64,000 nucleotides of DNA from Elusimicrobiota bacterium (GCA_043813605.1 JBDRKX010000047.1:1-64000), one strand, 5' to 3'. Shown: positions 12,001 to 18,048, numbered from the stretch's first letter. The notes: generated from the letters alone by a model not told the origin. Made by a program: numbers and translations.

Positions 12001-15000
12001 GACTGGAACCGGCATTGATATCGTGCACCAGTTTCCCTTCTTCCTTTACCGTTTTCTGGAGTCTGGAAGTCCGGCCGCCGTCGAGTATCATAGATATAAG
12101 GTCCAGTATCGGTCCGTCACGATGAGCCATACCGGGAGCCATCCATTGAAAAATCGAATAAGTAAGATTTGTGCCTTTCCAGTCTACGACATGTTCACTG
12201 TAACCCTGTTTTTCCGGCTCAACAGGATGCCGGTCTGCAGCTATTTCTGCCGGCTGGAATCCCCTGAAAGCTTCGGATACTTTACCCATAACCTCGGCCG
12301 GATCTACGTCTCCGACTATAATGAATGACATATTGTTGGGAACATAACGGGCATGGTAGTACTCCATTATATCATCTATATCAAGAGCATTATACTTATC
12401 GAGTTCACCGAGTACAGAATGCCTGTAATTGCTCCTTGTATAGAATTTCGGACCGAGTATGTACGTGATTAGTCTTTTTACGGGATTGTTATAGGACATG
12501 TATATTTCACGGAGCACGACCTGTCTTTCCTTGTCGAATTCCACCTGGGAAATAGACAGGTTCTGCATCACATCAGATAACAGCGCCAGCGCCCTGTCGA
12601 AATTTTCTCTAGGCACAGTCATATGATAAACGGTTCTTTCAAGAGAAGTATATCCGTTTACATGGCCTCCGAGATTGGTCATCTCCTGTTTTATCTGGGC
12701 AGCGGTCCTGTTTCTTGTCCCGTTAAAGAACAGGTGTTCGAGGAAATGGCTTCTTCCGTCATCTTCTTTTTCATTCGCGCCGCCTGTCCTTGCAACGATC
12801 TGCAGTCTGACAACAGGACTCCTGTGGTTTTCCTGCACTATAACATCCATACCGTTTGCCAGTTTAGTTACAACAGGGGCTTTCTGTTTTGCCAGGATCT
12901 CTTCTACTGCGGTAAGTTTTACCGCTTCTTCGGCAGCTTTTCCCATCTGTTTTGCGCCGGCGGCCGTCAGGACTATGGCAGTCTCAGCAACAGCCATAAT
13001 AGCGACAGAACAACCCTGAAGCAGGCTCACACTCATTAATAAAACAAGAAGTTTTGATACTATTCCTTTTCTTATCACTGGACTGCTGAAAAAGTTGATA
13101 CCAAGAAGACCGAATACAACGGCCGCACCCAGTAATCCTGCCGGGCCCGTAAGTGCCGAATGTACCCCGAAAGCAGCGAGTACGATACCCGTCACGGCAA
13201 CCAGGGAGAATCCCCCCAATATTGCCAGGAACGTACCGCTTTTGAAGAGATCCGCGGGTTTCTTTGCATAATCGCCCATCTTGAATTCCCTGGCAACGAT
13301 ATCATCAGTGAGTTTTCCCTTTGTTATACCGCGGCCGAGTTCAGGATACTTTTCGACAGCGCTTTCATACCCGAATTTAGCAAGCGCTTCCAGATATGGC
13401 CTGCCCTCCAGCAATACTGTCGTGTCTTCCAGCATCTTTGAAGCTACCCTGGGTGTAGAACCGGGAATATTCGGTATCATAACGTGTGAGTTTCCGTAAA
13501 AATCTATTTTAACAGGTTCGTCGTGAGAGGTCAGTTTATCGGCAAGTTTTGTAATCACATTACCCTGCTGATCGACATAATCGACTCCGCCGCCCTGGTC
13601 TATGGATACATCAACTATTACTTTCTTGTTCTCAGGATCAATCTCGTTGACGGCGGTGAACATCTGCCTGTTGACCACTGTCGGCGCCCGTGCACCGTGA
13701 ACATATACGGTATCTATTACAGCATCAGCTTTTTCAAAGGTGCGCATAAGGTTCTTTATGTTCAGTGCTTCGTCAAATGTGATCTCATCAGTCTTATATA
13801 CAAAATCTTTTTCGGTCAGTATCTTTTTCAGTACGCCTGTTGATATAGCATCTTTCATCTTGACTCTCGGATCATTGATGACTGTCAATTTATCCGCGAA
13901 TCCCAGTTTCGCGAAATAACTCTCCAGGTAATTTCTTCTTTCAGGATTAAGTTCTGTTATGGTGACATTCGCGCCCTGGCGCAGAGCCATCTCAGCCGAT
14001 TCTATACCGGCTATACCGCCGCCGAATATCATCACATTACGATTAACTAACCTGAGGGCAGATGGAAGATCAGTGAAATACTGATCGAATTCATTAAAAC
14101 CCCAGACTTTCTTTCTGATTTTCTGACGGCTGTCAGCATTTAAACCGTTCAGTATCTCCGCTACATACCAGGAGGCGCGCCTTCCAGCTATCCGCGACAT
14201 GGGCACGAGCTGCTGGGTTACCCCGTCAACTATTATTGTCTCAAACGGAACAATATCCGCGCCGCTCTGGAGCAGATCCATCGTGAGCTGTTTGTCGCCA
14301 GCCAGATGATCATAGTTGTAGAGTATCAACCCTTCACGCAGGTATTTGCGTTCACTTACAAGAGGTTCTTTCACTTTTATGACTATCCCGGCGTTATTCC
14401 AGACTTCATCTGCCGTATCGAGCATAGTAGCGCCGGCAGCCATGTATTCCCGGTCACTGTAGCGGCTGCCTTCACCCGCTCCTTTCTGGACTATTACTTT
14501 AAACCCTTTATCCGTCATGGCTTTAACACCGTATGGTGTGAGCCCTATACGGTTCTCTCCCGATTTGATCTCTTTTACCACCCCTATTACGAGAGGCTCG
14601 TCAATTATCTTCGTCATATCAAGAAGTTTTGCGGTTATTCCCGTATCGGTCTTTTCTATTTCTGCAGAAGGTGCTGATACTACGGCACGGACAGGTCTGG
14701 CTTGTTTAACCGGTGATGTCAGCATACCGCCTTCTTTCTTATCTTTCCTGAAGATTTCTTCCTGTATTCTTGCTTTCCTGCTCGCCACTATTTCCGGCAG
14801 GTACCCGATTGCAGCCATGACTATGATTCCAGCCGCTGTTACTGCTACTGCAGGTACCGTTCCGACAACAGCCATCGTAATCAGAGTTGCTGAACCGATA
14901 ACAGTTACGGCAATAGCTATTCTGAACCTGTAAAGGAGATCCCGTATACCTGTTCCCTTCTTTCGCGGTACGGCCACTTTTCCCGCTTCAGCTGCCTGCG

Positions 15001-17356
15001 GGCTCGCTATGAGCTGATAGAGCTTTGTCAGTTCCTGTTCCCGGGCTAATTCAGCGCTGGTGTCAACACCTTCGATCTCTGTCCTTTTACCTGTAAGAAG
15101 CTGAAGTCTTTCATCTTCGGTTTCTATAAGGTTCTTTATATATTTTTCTACATTGCCTCTGTATTCACTCTTATCAGGTGAGAATACCGAAGAGCCGTTC
15201 AGCGCTTTTATTATGTCCTTGTCGCCTTTATTATAAATGTAGTATCCTCTATTATTTTTAGCTCCTATTAAAATAAGATCGCTGTTTACATTCTGAAGCC
15301 AGTTTTTAAATGCTGCTGCCGATTCGACATCAGGCAGTTGATCCCGGCTAATCAGTGTAAGCGGTTTAAGCTCACCGGCAACTATTGTCGCCTTGAGTTC
15401 AGGAGCAAGTTCAAAAGCCGGTTTTGCCGCAGATATCATCTCATTCATATGAGAGATATTCTTCCTGATACCGCTCCAGAGGATATCGCCGTTGAGTTTT
15501 TCGGCAAGTTCCTCCGGTATCATCCTGAGTTCTTTCCCTTTAATACCGATAAGTATCCTCTCTGAACCCAGTTCCAGCGGGTATATAGCTTCTTTCTCAT
15601 GCATTATATGCTCACCCAGGCTGAATTCCAGCGCTTCTCCGGCTATAGCGATCTTTATAGCGGTTGTCCTGTATGCATTTATGAAATCGGATAATTTGGC
15701 GCCAAAACTCCTTGTTTCATAACCATATGCGGCAAGCAGACCCCTCATCTTTGAAGCAGCTGCCCTTGTAACTACTCTTTTCCGGAACCATTCATTATGA
15801 AAGAAAGAGGCCGGAGCGAGCGTATGGGCGAGTACTGCTTCATATTTTATGCGTTCTCTTCTGATAAGAGAATAATATTTTGCACGGTCCTCATCCGTAT
15901 ATGTCGTAACACCGGGTTTAACAATCGTATAGGATATTTTCTTTTTCTCAAGGCGCTCGGTGATACCGTCAGTATGAAATCCTCCGATTACCATGACCAG
16001 GTTCCTGTCACTGAGCCCAGCAGTATCCACGAAATTCTTTATAAACTCACCGTCCCTGCGGCATGCGATGTCATAGAACACACCCATTTCCTCTACATAC
16101 GGTGTCAGGGTAAACAACAATGAATCTATCTTCGCGAACTCGTCCGGACACCTTTCATGCAGTCTCTGGTACTTTCCGTCAAATTCATCCACCATCTTGT
16201 AAAATTCGTTAAGCTCGTCATACGTCAACTGGTTCAACAGGTATTTGACAAGAAGCAGCGTGTAGTTTGCTATGAAAAGATAGTCCTTTTCATCTTCACT
16301 CTCACAGAGACCGGCAGCGATCTCCTTTATCACGCGGTCTTCTTCTTTCATGACCTTATATGTGTTTATTTCTTTAGACAGCTCGAGGCATTCGATATAT
16401 CCGCGCAGATTAGAGAATTGACGGTCAGTTCTTATTATCCTTGTCATCTCTTTATGCAGCGCTTCAGGGGCCCTGAAGAAGTTATTGAGTTCCTTGAGTA
16501 CCGTCTTGAGGCTTGATCCGTCTTCGGAGCTGATATCTATCTTCTTGAGCAGTTTCTGGTATTCTTTTTCGACTTCCCTGTAATCGAGGGCTTCAAATTT
16601 GCTGTTAAGTGTCATGAACTTTGAATACTCGGATGAAATATCAGATATTGCACGCCCTGTATTCTTGGCCCAGAGACTCATGTACCTGTGAAAATCCGTA
16701 GGAGAAAGCTCTTTCTGCCTGTAATTTATATACTGGGAACGGAATTTTCTCAGATCAGATGAACATATCTCGTCTTCCACCGTTTTGAGGATGAATTTGA
16801 TCCTCTCGAGCGTTTCAACGAATTCTTCCCTTTTATTCAGAGATGACAGGAGAAGCCTTGTATCCTGTTCATAAAGAGAAGCCGTCTCAAGCCCTTCAAG
16901 TGCGGATATATTGTTATAGCCCGCATATGCTTCAGCGCCTGTAACATATCCTTTCTTCATAAAATAGTCTATTACATCCGTTTTTATCTCTTCATCAGGT
17001 ATAGAAGCCAGGAGCGAAGTATCGACTTGGGACGAACTTCCCTCGAGCCCTATCTTGGATATACCGAAATTATTGTCTATATATTGGAGTATATCCCTGA
17101 CATTTTTCTGGACTTCGTAATTTGCATGAAGGTCCTGTATGATTATGACCTGCCTGTCCGAACCGCGGGCAGTATGCCTGCCTATGACCTTCCCGTATTC
17201 AATGGGAATGTCAATATAATCGCATCGGTTCTCGGCAATGCTCCGTTCGACGTACTTCACTGCATATGCATAGTCGCTGCATATATAGACAAATACAAAC
17301 GACACCACCAGCAACCAGCTGGTTATCCTTATGTAAATTGAATTTAGCAACTTCAT
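2..17356 (-). CDS. Giant multi-enzyme membrane polyprotein B, at least 5,785 aa, 3' end outside window (signal peptide, ChaN/TIKI-like domain, AlaDH, M16 peptidase, PGK, GAPDH, ELFV dehydrogenase, PorD, PorB, PorG)
   Basis: ATG at 17354-17356 with SD AGGAG at 17366-17370. Manual translation starts MKLLNSIYIRITSWLLVVSFVFVYICSDYAYA and stays in one frame at every point checked down to ...NMEAFKRGYDGVVAESGREEIVKAPITGKIAGEDIE at base 2. The ORF track lists no stop-terminated ORF in this frame, consistent with one frame open to the edge. Confidence 0.92.
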   Translation of the reverse strand, partial: MKLLNSIYIRITSWLLVVSFVFVYICSDYAYAVKYVERSIAENRCDYIDIPIEYGKVIGRHTARGSDRQVIIIQDLHANYEVQKNVRDILQYIDNNFGISKIGLEGSSSQVDTSLLASIPDEEIKTDVIDYFMKKGYVTGAEAYAGYNNISALEGLETASLYEQDTRLLLSSLNKREEFVETLERIKFILKTVEDEICSSDLRKFRSQYINYRQKELSPTDFHRYMSLWAKNTGRAISDISSEYSKFMTLNSKFEALDYREVEKEYQKLLKKIDISSEDGSSLKTVLKELNNFFRAPEALHKEMTRIIRTDRQFSNLRGYIECLELSKEINTYKVMKEEDRVIKEIAAGLCESEDEKDYLFIANYTLLLVKYLLNQLTYDELNEFYKMVDEFDGKYQRLHERCPDEFAKIDSLLFTLTPYVEEMGVFYDIACRRDGEFIKNFVDTAGLSDRNLVMVIGGFHTDGITERLEKKKISYTIVKPGVTTYTDEDRAKYYSLIRRERIKYEAVLAHTLAPASFFHNEWFRKRVVTRAAASKMRGLLAAYGYETRSFGAKLSDFINAYRTTAIKIAIAGEALEFSLGEHIMHEKEAIYPLELGSERILIGIKGKELRMIPEELAEKLNGDILWSGIRKNISHMNEMISAAKPAFELAPELKATIVAGELKPLTLISRDQLPDVESAAAFKNWLQNVNSDLILIGAKNNRGYYIYNKGDKDIIKALNGSSVFSPDKSEYRGNVEKYIKNLIETEDERLQLLTGKRTEIEGVDTSAELAREQELTKLYQLIASPQAAEAGKVAVPRKKGTGIRDLLYRFRIAIAVTVIGSATLITMAVVGTVPAVAVTAAGIIVMAAIGYLPEIVASRKARIQEEIFRKDKKEGGMLTSPVKQARPVRAVVSAPSAEIEKTDTGITAKLLDMTKIIDEPLVIGVVKEIKSGENRIGLTPYGVKAMTDKGFKVIVQKGAGEGSRYSDREYMAAGATMLDTADEVWNNAGIVIKVKEPLVSERKYLREGLILYNYDHLAGDKQLTMDLLQSGADIVPFETIIVDGVTQQLVPMSRIAGRRASWYVAEILNGLNADSRQKIRKKVWGFNEFDQYFTDLPSALRLVNRNVMIFGGGIAGIESAEMALRQGANVTITELNPERRNYLESYFAKLGFADKLTVINDPRVKMKDAISTGVLKKILTEKDFVYKTDEITFDEALNIKNLMRTFEKADAVIDTVYVHGARAPTVVNRQMFTAVNEIDPENKKVIVDVSIDQGGGVDYVDQQGNVITKLADKLTSHDEPVKIDFYGNSHVMIPNIPGSTPRVASKMLEDTTVLLEGRPYLEALAKFGYESAVEKYPELGRGITKGKLTDDIVAREFKMGDYAKKPADLFKSGTFLAILGGFSLVAVTGIVLAAFGVHSALTGPAGLLGAAVVFGLLGINFFSSPVIRKGIVSKLLVLLMSVSLLQGCSVAIMAVAETAIVLTAAGAKQMGKAAEEAVKLTAVEEILAKQKAPVVTKLANGMDVIVQENHRSPVVRLQIVARTGGANEKEDDGRSHFLEHLFFNGTRNRTAAQIKQEMTNLGGHVNGYTSLERTVYHMTVPRENFDRALALLSDVMQNLSISQVEFDKERQVVLREIYMSYNNPVKRLITYILGPKFYTRSNYRHSVLGELDKYNALDIDDIMEYYHARYVPNNMSFIIVGDVDPAEVMGKVSEAFRGFQPAEIAADRHPVEPEKQGYSEHVVDWKGTNLTYSIFQWMAPGMAHRDGPILDLISMILDGGRTSRLQKTVKEEGKLVHDINAGSSQNRYNGDFSVFATLVDQAKYEEMKTAVMEEINKLIRDGVTQKELDRAKKRIKAMKVFERESVEGPASAMTWGTLIGHPELMSAYIKTILEATPQDIRRVAAKYLTKDKLTVVTMKPGETTGIPESPAVSAEDITDLYPARSAVGEAWVRRQEREISKMREKVSKIEKISETRSIEKIVLDNGLTLLISRENSVPSISMELLVKGGIRLEDTENNGINNMATEMLLRGTKNLTYQQINEAIEDRGGSIGAAAGSDSTKVSLKLLSEDTGFGLELLSDIIFNPAFPANDLEMVRRNILNTIKVNADDSWNISLEMIKQAAHGNHPYSMDTLGTDSSVKSLTRSDIEKWHKLNFNPQNMILSISGNVDIDTIKTEVEKYFGALTRNAQPVVVPKTETPLISGVKKAHKGIDRDESLITVAFPAISSNDKDRFVFYIIQNILGSFGGRLFETIREEKGLAYSVGSFFSGKADSGLFINYIETAPEKTGEAIEALWTELENIYRNGFTEEEIERAKESIANGMIVSMQTNEEYADSMASSEVSGIGYDAYTKSRNRIMAVTPEDVQRVMRKYLTPDNYYMSVVAKEGTKIPDITPPAFSVTAAEKISSIRTMPVDELIDMVTVALKDIENNPVLKKDHALLISRLTGLKKAKQKGVEVRKGARQKIEKVMARVSRFKDVSSSDTQEESAVSPAKKFAGSVASKVTGLITGVTLLTYAEIASAMPASAAKFIDFTVDGLAIFSTVVIWLAAIAAVGIPAVIFIKYIVRKIFGKGKVQKEVQPNRNIELLNKIPTIEELKDRDLTGQNVLVRVNMNVKSEDGKIKDTARLDNIKEIVEFLLSKGATPILYGHNGRKSADKDDRQSMKDSANYIDSALFPGRVHFHAGSIGRDNGLGLTISKSDIIKGKINVLENVRFDDAHETGTKRPEFAYSLISLSDGIFIFDAFGDIGSKGASVEDVPLLADEVFAGPAMLREFNELDSILNGFDALVFGGAKLDKIPLLKDLLKVLRHFALIGSGPSIALETEEQKLFEELKKMGPDFVVALGYSDKNHYDIDAKSVAKYLEKLNTLKAGQTVLVNGTMGYMEEPSGKYQKGTEEVFNKLKELAGHGVKVVAIGGDASSTAKKYGLKGMENVVTFTGGGVPLQILAGTTLSGLNALRQSQLRKGQVEKLIESIEKATAIPVYTRELITDTFLHRHPAAVNTGNFVDIFSDRSRQTEETSRIIEAITDASYDEMVNVLSGAFEGAIIVPSFSTIRKENTSEGDIEAALDMKKKNGIYAEIPQGADKPVDFVVVPVLVSKDNIPAEIAEAVEKAKDEQTVTKIVMEYLKGQFAGNGLVSTVGKQARTHTIGWGDIGTVGFDLTSAIAVKTDSGDVMIHTHYWVRDNIEGLEKINAKIRSRLPEVKLSERTDWASVDVKDTASALEALDKFSFDLFGELAAGKTEHLGLLKDIINNIDISELLNADGIEVDKDLGVFRSLKDKKSGIPYFGDNLKKFLSDLNRIQQLSMLLYILSSPSFDEKAGRVIALGDRELQDNIIGFYYKLTNHIDKVAKDQFNVAEMFEPLRMEISKFAARLNKAVREEDALEINGSSAVSIIAHLESKGIRINKRAEEILARLSRQYSDQQGKWAYDMLQLAEFMSGHEFRLIFRNLKVDDPIKVKPSDKPNEAFDGTGRIGTLGLALRLVSDVNSKEEGYFGKYMVATRSLKGDDADMKMISAKKEVEKMFSDAVIENSGLTLKLKDNTEMKISDLLKKNRLKFEAGEKVLQAIQDYKRKTPVESIYYVNIVLDDKVVGKVYCADTKQFTEGQKKAGVEQDNYPRPWIVADGDDAIYFGWRTDATPGGVEIGDGYLEEAGIKLSGPTVYDLAGVNKIEGITPELDAANELIRLKKLLKQIERERMVGDAGSFMYLKAQITKKLLLPLGGGIHHLGKWMVHKLPLIKELGAMFATPTSCSTNGASYISLFLSAFGKLSLLGTTFHMYTNDGNKGPYGHLFPKSTGAAKGVKEHLIINALFTALRTPPAFKNGKVDVVGGSVFDFMMQLPNNISIDIFKNYIERIGAEFPDVLEVYGEKDQKDGKHLWKDRISGRRTGSIVFSDMIEQITPDTFRLLVGYDNEMSYSFKMNEMAEAFYLSIKRQQDKRIREQIYKQISSEPVVSAKSSNELDQPDKIKEQVLLNLAMMHGLATGKATPEDYGSNYDMRKTLSKYPEIAKELKNFIDAKLSLAAAPDTRKPELQKSYKTAHRAVEKAIRKANKEDRALLGEYLWIADALTASNMLSRRYDSRDPPVLVFDAAKLPKGKKKHKLYRVVMAPDRTGSFTITIKADPVSVGGIRVKYLKQLLNFNKIFEEDSGLAEGMALKNIWATVPYLGSKTVTVLTEGADVDKVLSRMARAVVNVVGDDGVWSNNVGGPDMNSGGHIQPAVDAVREEYRSIIGEELALLKSLSVIPNKWPTYESAQKTRALYDLEDPAMDYWDRQLRDHENIDKKYFLRDPFMWSIRQAVVEAIREGRIGGKNKWELDPETKVIIDKILGAIIGGGTLTARSLFSDPGLDNSTAQGNAQQIVHVIRHMIEIGKIEKGWELTMAITGSGQVGAGMAGLVDYINEQLEGKAKVKLVAMVERGLEHSGVAYNEKGFTSDDIKIILKKRLSGIDKVRDGFVLETMEKRKGFEIKRVNDLKSDDPRNTLLDLLEEKDEQVDILFTAAAGPTVTAGNIDRYTARFPHTIIGGENSTFGTNAADIAAIESELYKRGVLGLEGYIGNFGGVYVISAKEGPQKNMYSVDELAENWDWFKKDAREGIIGLADELIPFLLKASVERDVAPGILQVEIVNRIKNRIYEILAAYDNNDAETVEKINKVIDGLRNPKDTEPKSYMPFAVAQLQAAMGLAREEIFNSYIQAVTNDNIRLLAVVIQGNIEDKIQKSLKEAREYLGIELVINKTDQNRELQIKLKEKDGTLTILGEIRILAEPDLGKSGLDVVNEFLYERNISIPAQIINGLNEVELTALFINILKRMHHYARGDLDVDSEVDAAEVEYLSSKGLPENALNDKLNQINLMMSLVLAPGYFVMKTADLGNGYKENILGPLATSMLDEVFKDNEPVIKQRNLEKAEYILVTKDGQGIAITLRDKNDETIFALPVNGVSNLNIQEALLGYINKAAILTQKGDTPYEKLVTGGINVRPGSAFANKTGSWGTQLPVINFAETKIEMKLEGKCINCLKCTKICPDSALIVRDGKLIGVDSDHCKACGLCAVICSKEAIEMVNKTELKLNPMPELYAYSTDRTVELKGEEALKLMDLLEGDIVYSDDKITQIEYQPEGHPMMLAVSSEKENIPHISIQLRRNVIVYGSQKVDAAIADKMRAGGYRVITVEEDESGKNLKKALTKSELDFVVTGSHDRITANLQRDILKDYGILAFYPGEKSGDDKLDAIMHDDYISEDTGEQVSSICGLVSGSRTCAGCGEPIIMGMVMEQVRNAGLQPITIGTSGCLEVSTSIFPQVAWLNSFIHVAFQNTAAVSAGIAAAIKYLVKKGRKEFANHYPVAVAGDGGTYDIGLAEFSGWLERGHRGLYVVLDNGAYMNTGVQRSGATPFGAVTTTTPGGKAEQRKDLGAIIRAHGKNAYVAYVSPSHTADFRRKIKKALAHNGPSVIIAYSSCPPGHRIRSDESLEIAKMAVEANVWPLYEVENGVLRITEKVEDPLKLENWLKRQGRFSHMFDKNGVMLPKFAEGIKNYQATVNEDIRRLEALDGLDVSETDEKAEEVADESQAAIVEITPAQKPEPVVLNKENALKNMERFDSRMLGIRWHGRGGQGAVTVAEILAEICKNAFGMPASAFPFFGPERKGAPVTAFNKEATEKIREHSQLRSTDLSIVIDSTLLSQIDCLSGLDKDGILIVNTPLSPEEIRAEYNIEDLRIYTLDAAKISKFENVPMLGAAVKISKYMGIEFDEADMMLALNNSLYKSLKKKGQKIIDINMEAFKRGYDGVVAESGREEIVKAPITGKIAGEDIE
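80..625 (-). other. Domain in polyprotein B: pyruvate/2-oxoacid:ferredoxin oxidoreductase gamma subunit (PorG-like)
   Basis: IRWHGRGGQGAVTVAEILA...FPFFGPERKGAPVTAF...NVPMLGA...NMEAFKRGY. Confidence 0.9.
790..1670 (-). other. Domain in polyprotein B: pyruvate/2-oxoacid:ferredoxin oxidoreductase beta (TPP-binding) subunit (PorB-like)
   Basis: CAGCGE, SGCLEVSTS, GDGGTYDIG...LDNGAYMNTGVQRSGATP, SSCP, WPLYE. Confidence 0.92.
2240..2530 (-). other. Domain in polyprotein B: PorD-like 2x[4Fe-4S] ferredoxin subunit
   Basis: PGSAFANKTGSWGTQLP...CINCLKCTKICP...DHCKACGLCAVICS. Confidence 0.9.
3560..5090 (-). other. Domain in polyprotein B: Glu/Leu/Phe/Val dehydrogenase-like
   Basis: VGGIRV...LAEGMALKN...VPYLGSKTV...GPDMN, then STAQG, ITGSGQVG (Rossmann), DILFTAA, IIGGEN, GNFGGV. 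Confidence 0.78.
5630..7020 (-). other. Domain in polyprotein B: divergent glyceraldehyde-3-phosphate dehydrogenase
   Basis: AFDGTGRIG, catalytic SCSTN, FHMYTND, PKSTGAAK, AVRTP, GSVFD, YDNEMSYS; long insertions in the N-terminal half. Confidence 0.82.
8540..9655 (-). other. Domain in polyprotein B: divergent phosphoglycerate kinase
   Basis: VLVRVNMNV...DTARL...GHNGR...LENVRF...DAFG...FGGAKLDK...NGTMGYME...IGGD...TGGGVPLQIL. Confidence 0.85.
10265..12875 (-). other. Domain in polyprotein B: M16 (pitrilysin/PqqL-like) zinc peptidase with two halves
   Basis: LANGMDV...SHFLEHLFFNGT (HxxEH at 12734-12748), NGYTS.ERT.Y, KERQVVLRE; second half LDNGLTL...ATEMLLRGT lacks HxxEH; RLFETIREEKGLAYSVGS. 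Confidence 0.93.
13270..14600 (-). other. Domain in polyprotein B: alanine dehydrogenase
   Basis: IGVVKEIKSGENRIGLTP...KVKEP...YDHLA...LVPMSRIAGR...FGGGIAG...VDVSIDQGG...TSHDEP...PNIPG. Confidence 0.92.
15850..17220 (-). other. Domain in polyprotein B: N-terminal ChaN/TIKI/EreA-like domain with a large helical insert
   Basis: VIIIQDLHANYEVQKN...IGLEG...TGAE...GLE...LY, then ~280 aa helical insert, then RRDGEF...VIGGFHTDGI...ISYTIVKP; directly follows a 32-aa signal-like segment ending AYA. Confidence 0.55.
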
Positions 17357-17357
17357 C

Positions 17358-17978
17358 TTATATTTCTCCTTTTTCCATATCTACCGTATCTACAAATAAA
17401 AAAAACCCGCACTTTGTTCTTCTCGAAACACAGTGCGGGTTTTCCTTACAGGCTCTGAGAGCCGACCCTGTATATCTGATGGGATTCATGTCGTACTTCA
17501 GCGCCAGGTTATCTATGTATTTCTGAAGCGGATTCATGAATTTAAGGACCCACCAGAGATAAAACCTCATTTTCGGGGTTATCGAACCCTTGTGTGTATT
17601 GTTTGTATAATCGCTTTTTTTCAGGATCCCGCATCCGAAAACCATTACTATCATGAGGACAGCAGCGGTCTTACCGGATACGAGGATCGAACGGGTGAGA
17701 GACAGCACAAGGCCGGAAAGCCTTTTGTGTCTCTTGTTCTTTTCGGCTTCCGGAGCCACAGGTATCTTTTTGAATGGTAATTTTGAGAATATCTGGTCAG
17801 TTATCCTGTTGAGGACCAGTACGCTTGTAGCATAATGGTTGGAATCTGCCGCTTTTACCAGTGAATGTGACTGTCTGGCGCAGCATATATGTGAGAAACT
17901 GAAAAATGAGAAACTCAATATTATTATGAATATAATAATAATACTGATTATTCTACTTACATTTTCTTTGTAGTTCAT
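17358..17978 (-). CDS. 206-aa leader / membrane protein of unknown function, translationally coupled to polyprotein B
   Basis: ORF track; N-terminal hydrophobic signal/TM (IISIIIIFIIILSFSFFSF), second hydrophobic segment (AAVLMIVMVFGCGIL), basic C-terminus. Its TAA is separated by 1 nt from the next ATG and its last codons contain that gene's SD. Confidence 0.75.
   Translation of the reverse strand: MNYKENVSRIISIIIIFIIILSFSFFSFSHICCARQSHSLVKAADSNHYATSVLVLNRITDQIFSKLPFKKIPVAPEAEKNKRHKRLSGLVLSLTRSILVSGKTAAVLMIVMVFGCGILKKSDYTNNTHKGSITPKMRFYLWWVLKFMNPLQKYIDNLALKYDMNPIRYTGSALRACKENPHCVSRRTKCGFFLFVDTVDMEKGEI
17366..17370 (-). promoter_or_regulatory. Shine-Dalgarno site of polyprotein B
   Basis: AAGGAG 9 nt upstream of ATG 17356, within the last codons of the leader ORF. 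Confidence 0.8.
17391..17443 (-). terminator. Rho-independent terminator-like hairpin inside the 3' end of the leader gene (candidate attenuator)
   Basis: Minus strand AAAACCCGCACT-G-TGTT-TCGAGAAG-AACA-A-AGTGCGGG-TTTTTTTTATTTGT: 12-bp perfect outer inverted repeat (17402-17413 / 17432-17443), 4-bp inner stem and a U8 tract ending about 41 nt before ATG 17356. Confidence 0.85.
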
Positions 17979-18017
17979 TATAATTTTGTTAAAAACAGAC
18001 TCTTAATGAAAAATGCG

Positions 18018-18048
18018 ATTATAATACAAAAGTAGAGTACTTTGTTAA
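18018..18048 (-). promoter_or_regulatory. Possible sigma70-type promoter for leader plus polyprotein B
   Basis: Minus strand TTAACA-N16-TATTAT with an overlapping TATAAT (18018-18023) in the AT-rich 132-nt intergenic gap. Confidence 0.4.

Noticed and set aside
1..17356. An ordinary operon of separate ald, M16, pgk, gap, gdh and por genes
   Set aside because: All domains share one frame, with no stops found in the linkers read and none implied by the ORF track.
17481..17538. GGATTCATG direct repeat 48 nt apart in the leader gene
   Set aside because: It is explained by two MNP tripeptides and is too short to call an independent element.
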